Assembly (NCBI RefSeq): GCF_006345805.1
Contig: NC_043000.1
Span: 149,730,001 to 149,794,000, forward strand
DNA length: 64,000 nucleotides
Direction: 5' to 3'
DNA from: Octopus sinensis
Taxonomy: Eukaryota
This document shows, piece after piece, positions 1 to 11,510 of this stretch. Every line of letters begins with the position of its first letter. The stretch's first letter is position 1. The position numbers and the translations under genes are program-made. The notes under the pieces are model-generated. The model saw only the letters and a program-made list of their open reading frames with translations, ran no database searches and had not been told where the DNA came from.

Positions 1-1390
1 TGGCAGCAGATGCTATTGAAAGTGGCATTGGAGTTGTGATTTTATACAAGCATGAAGATGGTAGCCTGAAAGCAGTAGCTCATGCTTCACGTTCATTATT
101 GCCAGTTGAGGAAAACTACAGTCAAATAGAAAAAGAGGCATTAGCCATCAAATTTGCGGTAAGAAAAAATTCCATAAATTTATACATGGAAGAAGGTTCC
201 GTTTGCAGACAGACCACCACCCACTATTGTCGATCTATGGATCAAAAAAGGCTATTTCCATTCATACAGCCAACAGATTGCAGGGCTGGGGAACAATCCT
301 ATTGAATTATAACTTCAAGATAGAGTATTTCTCATCAAAAAAATTGGGACATGCAGATGGTTTGTCAAGGCTAATACCAAAATACAGTGAACCACTAGAA
401 GACACAGTGATAGCGGCGTTAAAAGCTGAAAATGAAATAAAAAATATATTGTGCAATGTTGTGTGGGAATTGCCTGTGACATTGGAGGAAATAAAAATTA
501 AGGCAGAGCTGGACGAATTTATCATAAAAATGAAAAAGATATATCAGAAGAAACAAATAAAAAAATACGTGTAGCTGGATGTAACAGTTTTGAATTCGTA
601 TTCAATATGTGATAATGTGCTTATACATGCACAGAGGGTCATAATGCCTACCTCACTACAAAGTCGAATGTTAAAGGAATTCTGCACTGGACATCCAGGA
701 ATTTCTAAAATGGAGTCGCTTATGAAGAGTTATGTTTACTGGTCAAAAATGGATCCAGATATTGAGATATTGGCAAAATCCTGCAGAGGGTGTGCTTTTC
801 CAGTGAAGTCACCACCTATAAAATTTCATTCTTGGCCCAAAACTGATATTCCATGGTCCAGAATACACATAGTCTTTGCAGGACCGTTAAACTAAGCATA
901 TTATCTAATAGTGGTAGCTAGCTTTAGTAAATGGTCAGAAATGTGTAAGTGTAGCAAACCGACATCATCATCATCATCATCATCGTTTAGCGTCCATTTT
1001 CCATTCTGGCACAGGTTGGACGGTTCGACCGGGGTCTGGGAAGCCAGGGGCTGCACCAGGCTCCAGTCTGATCTGGCAGTGTTTCTACAGCTGGATGCCC
1101 TTCCTAACGCCAACCACTCTGCGAGTGTAGTGGGTGCTTTTTACGTGCCACCTGCACAGGTGCCAGGGGAGTCTGGCATCGGCCGCGATCGGTTGGTGCT
1201 TTTAACATGCCACCGGCATGGAAGCCTGCCAAGGCGGCGCTGGCATCGGCCACGTTCGGATGGTGCTTTTTATGTCCCACCGGCAACAATTGAATTTCTA
1301 CATGAACTTTTTGCTAGGTATGGTATCCCGGATACCATAGTCTGCAATAACAGTACACAATTCACAGTGAATGAATTTAAGAATTTTTTG
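1..1390 (+). mobile_element. Decayed Ty3/Gypsy pol fragment (RNase H, H2C2 zinc finger, integrase core)
   Basis: ASRSL...NYSQIEKEALAI, QTDHHPLL, HADGLSRL, GHPGI...YVYW...CRGC, WSRIH..FAGP, ELFARYGIPDTIV; frameshifts and stops; interrupted at 961-1284. Confidence 0.92.
961..1284 (-). mobile_element. RTE LINE 3' UTR fragment ((GAT)n tail) inserted in the integrase
   Basis: Matches 33050-33453; the integrase frame resumes (KPTS / ATIEFLHELF) on each side. Confidence 0.88.
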
Positions 1391-2212
1391 CAAGATTTAC
1401 TCAATTGAACATATTCTTTTCTATTATGATTAAATCAATTATATTCCTTGCTTACAATCAACAGTTCTCATATGACATAAATTTTAGTAAATTTTTGACT
1501 TATCAAATGAACAGAAAACACTTGATTTGTTAGTTGCCACAAGGTTTTATCTGTTTTTGTTTTTTTTTTGTTTTTCAAGTTGAAGATTCTGTTTTCTTTG
1601 AGTCACAAATTTCTGGAATATCACCCAGCCCCCACTTTTCAATAGAAGTTCAAGTTAAACATCAACTGCATCAACCTCACAAAACTAGGAAGACCAATGA
1701 GAGCTGTAGGCATTGCCCCTCTTCCCTAGATTACATAATGAGCAACAAAAAAATCAGATAATCTCAGTTTTTTTTATGAGTTTCAAATAGGTAGTGACAT
1801 TTTGATATCATAAGTTTGTTTGTATCAAAAATGAGTCTCTAAAACAGGCTAAAATACCAGATCTATAGTTTTCAAATACTCTAAATGATAATAATCTAAG
1901 GTATAAAGATGCTTGATGAGCACATGCTAAACACCTTCCTCGGTGAGAGTTTAACAGACTGTAATGAGACAAAGCTTAAAGAAAACAGTAATTGGTTTAT
2001 TATGGAATAGTATCAATACTAAGCTGCAAGTTCATTTGATTGTTAACACTTTTGGTGTATAATTTTTAGCTGTATCAAAATGACGACTTAATTCATATTG
2101 CAGAGGTGAATATATCAGTGTAAAGAAAATAAGTATTGCAGTGTGGAAGGTGTTTATAAGCCATTTAAGAAACACACAAAACCGTTAGATTCACTTCAAC
2201 ATTTAAATTTAA

Positions 2213-2264
2213 TTTGTCAAAATATTTTCATCGCTTTGAGACCGTGACTTGTTCACTGACAAAA
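2213..2264 (-). ncRNA. Minimal hammerhead-like motif with G3:C8-swapped core (degenerate)
   Basis: UUUGUCA-GUGAACA-a-GUCAC(loop)GCGAU-GAA-AAUAUU-U-UGACAAA: 7-bp stem I, palindromic stem III, stem II 4 of 5 pairs. Confidence 0.4.
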
Positions 2265-2513
2265 CTTCATGCTCCAGCACACAATCTCAGATCAAGTCAC
2301 TCACTATGCAAGAACATCTCCGAAAATAAGTATATTATCTAGAAAATACTTTAATAGAAGCAATGCTTCAACTCTTCTTCCCTCTTATAAAGGAATTCAC
2401 AGTCAAAGATCAATTTTAGCTGCACAAGTAAAATTAGAATTGTTCACATAATCCACTGCTATAGAAAACATTTGATACACTATAAATTATATGAATCATT
2501 AATGGATATCTAT

Positions 2514-2737
2514 CATCATCATCATCATCATTATCATCATCATTTAGCGTCTGCTTTCCATGCTAGCATGGGTTGGACGGTTCAACTGGCATCTGGGAAG
2601 CCAGGAGGCTGTGCCAGGCTCCAGTCTGATCTGGCAGTGTTTCTACAGCTGGATGCCCTTCCTAGCGCCAACCACTCCGTGAGTATAGTGGGTGCTTTTT
2701 ACGTGCCACTGGCACAGGTGCCAGGCGAGGCTGGCAA
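2514..2737 (-). mobile_element. RTE LINE 3' UTR fragment
   Basis: (CAT)n tail plus GGATGCCCTTCCTA...GGTGCTTTTTACGTGCC core. Confidence 0.85.
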
Positions 2738-3251
2738 GAAAATGATAAATAAATGAAAGAACAAACGTTTTAGATAATTGCTTTATACAATGACTGTTCA
2801 CCACTGGAGTATTGAGAAATATCAGTTTGGCAATGGGCATCAATGATTAAAGCACGAGTCTGTTCAGAAAAAGACACTCACATAATAAAAAGGACACATG
2901 AGAATTGTGTAAGGGAACTAAAGATTTAATCTGCTACATTCAGTGATTGGTATGCTATTCCTCTAAATGCTACTAACATAACTAATTAACAACATTGCAT
3001 TGTATTTACTTCACTTTTCACCCTTGTTTCAATTTAGCTGAAATGTCAGTAGCATGATTAATGTTACTCTCCAGTTGTACGAAAAAAGGGAGAGGAAGAG
3101 AATATAGCAAAGATGTGTGAACGGTCATCATAAATGTTATTAAATTTCTAAACATGACCAACCATGGGTAAAACGTATGAGAATGAGATGCTTGAAAACA
3201 CACACAAAAAAAAAATAAATAAATATTATCTGGAATTCATTGTAACTTCTA

Positions 3252-3662
3252 TACTCTTTTACTCTTTTACTCTTTTACTTGTTTCAGTCATTTGACTGCG
3301 GCCATGCTGGAGCACCGCCATTAGTCGAGCAAATCGACCCCGGGACTTATTCTTTGTAAGCCTAATACTTATTCTATCGGTCTCTTTTGCCGAACCGCTA
3401 AGTGACGGGGATGTAAACACACCAGCATCGGTTGTCAAGCAATGCTAGGGGGACAAACACAGACACACAAACACACATATATATGTATACATATATATGA
3501 CAGGCTTCTTTCAGTTTCCATCTACCAAATCCACTCACAAGGCATTGGTCGGCCCGAGGCTATAGCAGAAGGCACTTGCCCAAGGTGCCACACAGTGGGA
3601 CTGAACCCGGAACCATGTGGCTGGTTAGCAAGCTACTTATCACACAGCCACTCCTGCGCCTA
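3252..3662 (-). mobile_element. SINE family A (tRNA head, CORE-like domain, internal (TA/TG)n, (AGTAAAAG)n tail; probably an octopus OR-type SINE)
   Basis: Head TAGGCGCAGGAGTGGCTGTGTGG, B-box-like GGTTCAGTCCC, CORE-like GGCACCTTGGGCAAGTG; >20 copies in the window. Confidence 0.9.
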
Positions 3663-3853
3663 TGTGAGACATATGTAGTGAGATAGTCGTGATAGATGTA
3701 TTTCCTACATGCGAATAGGTTTAACTACAAGTAATAATTTCAACAAAAGCAGCAACAAAAGTTCCCTCAACTTGCAACATTTTTGGTAAAGAGAACACAT
3801 TGGTAAATGTAGTGTTTAGGTGTATTTATAAACAGACGGTATTGTGATGAATG

Positions 3854-4086
3854 AAAGGCAGCGAGCTGGCAGAATCGTTAGCACGCCAGACGGAATGTGT
3901 AGCCATGTTTCGTCTGCCGTTACGGTGAGCGCAAATTCCGCCGAGGTCTACTTTGCCTTTCATCCTTTCGTGGTCGATAAATTAAGTACCAGTTACGCAC
4001 TGGGGTCGATGTAATCGACTTAATCCGTTTGTCTGTCCTTGTTTGTCCCCTCTGTGTTTAGCCTCTTTGTGGGTAGTAAAGAAATA
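3854..4086 (+). mobile_element. SINE family B (tRNA-like head, Deu/Nin-like body), 16-bp TSD
   Basis: GAGGTCGACTTTGCCTTTCATCCTTTC body; TSD GGTATTGTGATGAATG at 3838-3853 and 4087-4102. Confidence 0.88.
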
Positions 4087-4178
4087 GGTATTGTGATGAA
4101 TGCATTGTTGTTGATCATTAAAGCTACTCAATCATGGATGGTATGGTGCTAAACAATAACAACAGCAGCAATAATAAA

Positions 4179-4407
4179 TTGACCCTTTTGTTATCGTATT
4201 TGTTTTGAGATTCTTTGCGTTTCTTTCAACTATTTTAAATATAACAATGAATTTAGAAAAATAACTTAGTTATCATTAAGCTAGTGTTAGGAACATAAAT
4301 TCTGATTAAGGTTTGGTGGAAGATTTTAATTCAAAACTTATGAAAAGAAGACATTTGTACTGCAGAGCCAGAGCCAGTTTCAGCCGGGTTGGTAATGAAA
4401 GGATTAA
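4179..4407. mobile_element. piggyBac-type MITE (degenerate)
   Basis: Homologous to 11511-12066 and 33802-34024; TTAA-like ends, CCCTTTTGTTA TIR. Confidence 0.7.
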
Positions 4408-4743
4408 AGAATTTCATTGATATTGGCTGACAGTGATTGCACTTAGAAAAAAACAGAAGATGTATAATAAAAGTGCAAAACAATCACTCTTAGAAAACAG
4501 CAATCTGTTTTTAACCATGTTATCAGATAAGTAATTGTATTTTTCAATGGGTTCAAGTATTGACCTGCTGTATTTCATCAGAAAAATTTTAAATTGACAA
4601 ATTTTAAGGCTTCTAAGCCTTGTCTTTATGTTTGGCTCTGAAATCAACATATTTTGGGATCACTTCACATTAAACAACATAAATAACACTGCAGACTATA
4701 GTTCTGTCCTAAAAGTTTTGAAATTTTTTAATTATTTGCTGCA

Positions 4744-5172
4744 TAGGCGCAGGAGTGGCTGTGTGGTAAGTAGCTTGCTAACCAACTACATGGTTCCAGG
4801 TTCAGTTCCACTGCGTGGCACCTTGGGCAAGTGTCTTCTGCTATAGCCCTGGGTCAACCAATGCCTTGTGAGTGGATTTTGTAGGTGGAAACTGAAAGAA
4901 GCCCGTCGTATATATGTATATATATATGTGTGTGCATGTATGTTTGTGTGTCTGTGTTTATCCCCCTAGCATTGCTTGACAACCGATGCTGGTGTGTTTA
5001 CGTCCCCGTTACTTAGCGGTTCGGCAAAAGAGACCGATAGAATAAGTACTGGGCTTACAAAAGAATAAGTCCCGGGGTCGATTTGCTCGATTAAAAGGCG
5101 GTGCTCCAGCATGGCCACAGTCAAATGACTGAAACAAGTAAAAGAGTAAAAGAGTAAAAGAGAAAAGAGAGT
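4744..5172 (+). mobile_element. SINE family A
   Basis: Full head-to-tail match. Confidence 0.9.
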
Positions 5173-5447
5173 ATAGCAACACTTCTAATTGTCTCTGAAT
5201 CGATCACAAATTGTGTTGACTTGTTTTTTGATTCATATTGTCATGAAATTGTTGAAAACTCTTATATTCATGGACATCAAACATTCTGGATTTCACTTCT
5301 TTTCAAGCAGTGAACTCTTTCAATTTCCAAGTTCATTGTTAGTGTTACATATTTTCATTTTATAGATTTCCACAATTAGTTATTCATACTAAGATTGGAA
5401 GGCATTTTCACTAATAAATGGATGAGATCACCACCACCACTACCACC

Positions 5448-5690
5448 ATCATCATTATCATCATCATCATCATCATCATTTAACATCTGTGTTCCATGCT
5501 GGCATGGGTTAGACCATTTGGCAGGAGCCAATGTGTCCAAGTGTTGCATCAAGCTCCAATGTGTGATGTGGCCTAGTTTATGTAACTAGATGCCCTTCCT
5601 AACGCCAACCACATTACTGACTGTACTGGCTGCTTTCTTCATGCCACTAACAGTATTGAAGTCATTATGCAGCCCACAAGACTATATACA
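5448..5690 (-). mobile_element. Old RTE 3' UTR fragment
   Basis: (CAT)n tail plus GATGCCCTTCCTAACGCCAACCAC. Confidence 0.65.
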
Positions 5691-5989
5691 ACTCCATAAG
5701 AGGTGGAGATAGCTTTATGCTAGAGAACAAGGGGTTAAACATGAGACGGAGAAGTGCAAAGTGGGTTAACAGGTTCTTATGACTTAATAAGAGGCAGGGA
5801 GAATGATCAGTAGGAGCTGCAAAGAGACAAAGTGCATCTTAAGACATGAGATGAGGTAAAAGTGGTCGTGATGGAGGAGGGGTGGGGTGGGAGTTGCAAA
5901 ATTGTATGGGAAGCAGATGCTATATCTCTTATTATAAAAGGCAGATTTTATCTGCCTCCCTTTGGGAGTTATACAAATCTACAATATAG

Positions 5990-6800
5990 GATTTCTTCAA
6001 TTACAATTTACCTAGCATTTTTAAGAGTACAATGCATCGCGTCATGCCAGGTCCAGTTTTTAAAATTTAAACTCCAATTAAGCAAAATTTACAGAAAACT
6101 CACATTCTGGTGTGTGTGTCAAATGCTTTTCTTAGTCTGGTTTACACCACACGCAAACGCACACACACAGTGTGCGACGAATAAAATGAAAGTAAATAGC
6201 GACAGAGTGATTTGAGGAAGACTAAAGTGAAAGTATTTAAACCACTACTCAAAAAATAAAAAAACACAGCAAACAGAAACAAATAAATACACAATTTCTT
6301 CAATTAGAGTTTACCTAAGATTTTTCAGAGTACTTCAGTGGGTGATGCCATAAAAAATTTCTTTCAATTTTACCACCAATTAAGACAAAATTCGAGAAAA
6401 CTCAATATTTTAACATATCACTCCGAAAGCATTGATGTACATGTGTGCGTGCGTGAGTGTGTGTGTGTCATTCCTCACACACACGCATACACATACATAT
6501 ACAACTACATACAACTACATACACATACAACTACATACAAACACGTGTGTGTTTGTTATTAGTAAAAAAGGCGCCAAATCACAACTCACTTATCATTCCA
6601 ACACATTTGCAAAGACACACGGACGGACAGAAAAGGTAAATTGGTTTTTATTTTACTCATTTCCTATTGTGTTTTCAAAATTTGTAATTCTGACAAAAAA
6701 TGGATACGAATTTCATTATATCAAGCAGCGAGTCAGAATTCGAAGGATTTTCTACTGAAGACCTTCATAAATCTAACTCTATGACTGAAAAAAAAAAGCA
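5990..6800 (+). repeat. Unclassified element with ~300-bp tandem duplication, possibly the 5' end of a piggyBac-like transposon
   Basis: TTTCTTCAATTA..TTTACCTA repeated at ~5992 and ~6296; short acidic ORF start MDTNFIISSSESEFEGF cut by a Helitron. Confidence 0.3.
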
Positions 6801-7193
6801 TCTTTATATAAGAGTGAAGTTGTGTGTCTGTCTCCTACGATTTAGATTCCTAACTACTCCCACATTTTGCGGTGCAGTTTAACCAAAAGCGGGTATCTTA
6901 TAGTCGTGATTCATATCGAGCCCTTCTGGGTATTATCGTGCGTCTACGATGAGTCTACGATTAAAAAAAAATTTACCATCATATTTTTCCATTTTAATGC
7001 ATTTTTTTCGCTTTTATATAAGGGAAGTAACTCTCTAAAAATATCTACGATGTGTCAACGATTTTTAAAAAATTTACCTTAATTTTTTTAAATTTTTAAT
7101 GCATTTTTTTGCTACTTTTTGGCTATAACTCTCTAAAAATGTTTATATAGTTATTTCCCTTACAACCCGAGCAACGCCGGGCGATAATGCTAG
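6801..7193 (+). mobile_element. Non-autonomous Helitron
   Basis: A|TC start, CCCGAGCAACGCCGGG hairpin then CTAG|T end; second copy at 30140-30503. Confidence 0.8.
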
Positions 7194-7225
7194 TAAGTAG
7201 ATAAAAGCATTACAAAACACTTAGG

Positions 7226-7445
7226 TACTCTCTTTTACTCTTTTACTTGTTTCAGTCATTTGACTGCAGCCATGCTGGAGCACCGCCTTTAGTCGAGCAA
7301 ATCGACCCCGGGACTTATTCTTTGTAAGCCCAGTACTTATTCTATCGGTCTCTTTTGCCGAACTGCTAAGTGACGGGGACGTAAACACACCAGCATCAGT
7401 TGTCAAGCAATGCGAGGGACAAACACAGACACACAAACATACACG

Positions 7446-7508
<63 letters not shown>

Positions 7509-7689
7509 TATATATACATATATACAACAGGCTTCTTTCAGTTTCCGTCTACCAAATTCACTCACAAGGCATTGGTCGGCCCGAGGCTATAGCAGAAGAC
7601 ACTTGCCCAAGATGCCACACAGTGGGACTGAACCCGGAACCGTGTGGTTGGTTAGCAAGCTACTTACCACACAGCCACTCCTGCGCCTA
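7226..7689 (-). mobile_element. SINE family A with expanded (TA)n
   Basis: Full match. Confidence 0.9.
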
Positions 7690-8026
7690 CTGGTCACTTT
7701 CTTTACAACTCAAATGTAAACATTGATGGACTGACATCAGTGACCAGTGATAACACTTAGGAGAAGCTGAAATTAGTGATACATAAAAAATTACCAGTCA
7801 ACTGGTAATTAAAGGGAATTTGCTGCAAATAGGATGAAGAACAGAGATTATGACATTAACAATATCTGAAAGGATATATAATATCAGAGAGAAGAATGTG
7901 ATCCAATAAATTATTCCAGTTCTTACATGTTCTTAAACATTTCATATAACCAAATCAGTAAAAATAAAATTTCAAAAGAAGATATACATGAAAAAGTAGA
8001 GGATTTATCAAATTTATTATCATTAC

Positions 8027-8103
8027 CTGGCTTTTAAACAATCACATTTTGTTTTTATATTAGCATAGTTTTCTTGGGCATTTTTTAATTCTATTTCCAT
8101 TTT
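8027..8103 (-). CDS. CCDC13: CCDC13 coding exon (KMEIELKNAQENYANIKTKCDCLKA-R), phase 0-2
   Basis: ATTTTCAG|AAA ... GCCAG|GTAATG; aligns by eye to the KK.FEGMRSR region of vertebrate CCDC13. Confidence 0.78.
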
Positions 8104-8235
8104 CTGAAAATTAAAAGTATCTTAGTTATTAGTTGCATTGTGGGGTGAACATGGAGAAAAAAAACATTTCTTTATTCTAGGCGAACAATTAATGCTCATT
8201 TGAGGAGGGAGGGTGTGTACAGGTCATTAAATAGA

Positions 8236-8471
8236 AAGTAAGGCGGCGAGCTAGCAGTAACGTTAGCACGCCAGGCGAAATGCTCAGCGGTATTTCGTCT
8301 GCCGTTACGTTCTGAGTTCAAATTCCGCCGAGGTCGACTTTGCCTTTCATCCTTTCGGGGTCGATTAAATAAGTACCAGTTACGCACTGGGGTCGATATT
8401 ATCGACTTAATCTGTTTGTTTGTATTCGTTTGTCCTCTCTGTGTTTAGCCCCTTGTGGGTAGTAAAGAAAT
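8236..8471 (+). mobile_element. SINE family B, 15-bp TSD
   Basis: TSD AGGTCATTAAATAGA at 8221-8235 and 8472-8486. Confidence 0.88.
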
Positions 8472-8691
8472 AGGTCATTAAATAGACTCCAGTGTATTTA
8501 ACTTACTTATTCTAACAACCCTTGAGAAATGAAAAACAAAGCAAATTATTATCGGATTTGAAATATCAGAAACAAAGCCAAACTATGTATAGCATTTAGC
8601 CCAACATTCTTCTTTTTCTGCAAACATTTGCAGTTATAAAGATGATTTTGTTGAGCCTTTCAAATAAATTATATAAAAGAAACATTAATTA

Positions 8692-9742
8692 TACTGTACA
8701 ACAAAAACGAACATTATTTTGACTATAGAGATGAGAATAACATTTTCTAGGGTAGTTTTATGTGTAGATCATGAAAATGGCAACCATTTCTCACAGAATG
8801 ACTCTAGCGTTTCAATATTGGAGTATTTTTATAGTTTTAATTTTCAGAGAAAAACAACTATAAAATACCTATAAATATTTAGTTAGATCTTTAATTAGAA
8901 TAAAAATTGCATTAAAATGCCAAAAGGGCAGTGTTAAAATCAGCCAGAAAATTTTATTATAATCTGTGGTGCTGTGACATTCCAGAAGAATGCAAGAAAC
9001 ATTATGCCATTGGTAAAAAAAAACAGTATTACTCATAATTTGGTGTCAAGATAGGAGACCAAGATAAAAGTTGGGCACCACATATCTGTTGCATAACATG
9101 TACCAATGGTCTTTCAAAATGGTCTTCGGGAAAGTCCAGAAGTATGTAGTTTGGCATTCCAATGATTTAGCGTGAACCACAAGATCACCATTCTTACTGC
9201 TATTTCTATCTTGTAGATGTTAAAGGTAAGTGTGTTTTCATTTGCATTAAACTTAACATATATTTATCTAAATATATTCATTTCTATTTGATACATTAAA
9301 TATAGGAAATGCTATAATATAATATATCTTCTTAACAGGTATAACAATGAAGAGTACGTTTGTCAGTGGTGTAACTGAATCAGAAATCCGCCATTCGGCC
9401 TGTACCTCATTTAGCCAGTGTTCTGATATCTGCGGTACCTGCAAAAATGGTTTGATCCAATACTAGTGAACAAGATGAGTTGTATGTGCCTGTATCAGAA
9501 ACTCCTTGTTTGGGATTTGAGGTTAACAAAAATACAGAGCGAGTTACTGGCTTCTAGGTTGAAGGAAAGAGATTTGGTAACTCAAGACATCAGCGTTACA
9601 AAATTTCAAAACCATACAGATGGTTTAATAGAAAAATTTGAAATGAATGGCAGCTTGTGTTATTGTAACGGCATACAGGGATTCTTTGAAGAGCTTGGCT
9701 TAAATTACGACCCTAGTGAGTGGAGGCTATTCATAGATGTGT
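8692..9742 (+). mobile_element. Chapaev3-like (CMC) DNA transposon relic, 5' half, intron-containing transposase
   Basis: GDQDKSWAPHI-C..C, FGIPM.*REPQDHHSYCYF, AIRPVPH, SELLASRLKE, FFEELGLNYDPSEWRLFID; GT-AG intron ~9226-9339. Family assignment from memory. Confidence 0.65.
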
Positions 9743-10019
9743 AGGTACAGTTACCTCCCTTGACAGTGGCAGTTTAAATAATAATGCACTAGATGGCACA
9801 AGAGCGGTTAGGCACTGACACAAAGCCTTGGGACTTCCTCTTTTCGCGACGAGACACCAGACTGTGAAGACATGACATAGTTGGCTCTTGTACAACACAC
9901 ACCAGCTAGCAGACATGAGATAGTACACAGAAGATGAACATGGCCTCCATTCATCAAACTCTTTCCTTTATTGTTCAACTGTATATGCTTGAGACCTCAA
10001 GTAACGGTATTTAAAGTTA

Positions 10020-10255
10020 TTTTAAGGCGGTGAGCTGGCAGAAACGTTAGCACGCCGGGCAAAATGCTTAGTGGTATTTCGTCTGCGTTACATTGTGAGT
10101 TCGAATTCCGCCAAGGTCGACTTTGCCTTTCATCCTTTCAGGGTCGATAAATTAAGTACCAGTTACGCACTGTGGTCGATGTAATCAACTTAATACCTAT
10201 GTCTGTCCTAGTTTGTCCCCTCTGTGTTTAGCCCCTAGTGGGTAATAAAGAAATA
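10020..10255 (+). mobile_element. SINE family B, 14-bp TSD
   Basis: TSD GGTATTTAAAGTTA at 10006-10019 and 10256-10269. Confidence 0.88.
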
Positions 10256-10369
10256 GGTATTTAAAGTTACAGCCTTATTCTATGAATTCATTGTACCATG
10301 TTCCTTTATTAAGTGATATTACTGGCTTCTGAACCAGAGTATATCAATGAGATTATGAAGAAGAATATT

Positions 10370-10914
10370 TGCCAAAAAAGCTAATGGTGCCTGTTTGATG
10401 TTCCAGCGCTGGTGTCACCCACTACAGCTTCATGAGTCAATTACAGCAGATGTGTACAACAACCAGTTGTATGAAATGATGAGTGAACTTGCAATTAAAC
10501 AACCGAGATTGGTCAATAGAATCAGGCCAATTCTCTTGCAAGACAATGCTTGACCACATGTAGCACAAAGAATGCTACTTAAGTTACAAGATCTGAACTC
10601 GGGAAGCACTCTATCATCCACCATATTCACAAGATCTTGCAACAACTGACTATCACATTTTCCAGGCATTAGACCACTTTTTGCAAGAACAATACTTCAA
10701 ATCTGAAGGGGATGTAAAAACAGCCTTTCATGATTTCATCACCTCTTGCTCTCCAGAATTCCTAGCTACCGGAATAAATAAGTTACCAATAAATTGGCAA
10801 AACTGTGTTTATAATTTAGATGCATACTTTAATTAACTGCATTGCTTTTTGTTGAGATAAAGTAAAATAAATTTTCCATTCAAAATCAGACATTCCATTT
10901 TTAATAACCTGATA
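10370..10914 (+). mobile_element. Mariner (DD34D) transposase relic, 3' half
   Basis: LLQDNA*PHV, HPPYSQDLATTDYHIF, GINKLP.NWQNCV; ends at a TA run. Confidence 0.85.
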
Positions 10915-10922
10915 TATATATA

Positions 10923-11310
10923 TCGGCCACGATTGGATGGTGCTTTTTATGTGCTACCAGCAAGGGAGCCAGGCGAGGCTGGCAATGGCCCCGATTGGAT
11001 GGTGCATTTTTACGTGCCACCGGCGTGAGGCCAGTCGGGGGGGCACTGGCAATGGCCATGTTCGGATATATATATGACAAGGAAAAGGCACTCATGACAA
11101 TATCACGTAAACAGCATCTGTGTGAGTGATACATTGAGACACCTGAGCTGGTGACATGTAAAAGACATCTGGTACACTCTATGGAAGGGCATCCAGCCAT
11201 AGAAACCAAATGAAAACAGACTGGAGCCTGGGGCAGCTCTCCAGCTCACCAGTTCCAGTTAAACCATCTAACCTATGCCACCATGGGAAACAGATGCTAA
11301 ATGCTGCCAC
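10923..11310. mobile_element. Two RTE 3' UTR fragments (minus 10923-11066, degenerate plus 11130-11310)
   Basis: GGTGCTTTTTATGTG units; GGAAGGGCATCCAGC core. Confidence 0.6.
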
Positions 11311-11510
11311 CGACACTGCCAGCACTGATGTCAGTGCCAACACTGAGACTGAAGCTGATGACACTAACAATGACAGATATATATTAAGAATATATATTAA
11401 ACAATTTATGTAAATGGTCTATTTTAGCTCATAGGAAAAGAACACTTTTATAGATTAGATAAGTTTTATTTTCATTCTTTCTCTTGCAAATGATACTTAG
11501 CATGAACTAT

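Noticed and set aside
1-8026. Next CCDC13 exon (expected phase-2 start, NK.L...HDDELI-like)
   Set aside because: Searched the unique stretches by eye; candidates at ~1455, ~2310, ~3020 and ~5300 had stops or no homology. It probably lies beyond the left edge.
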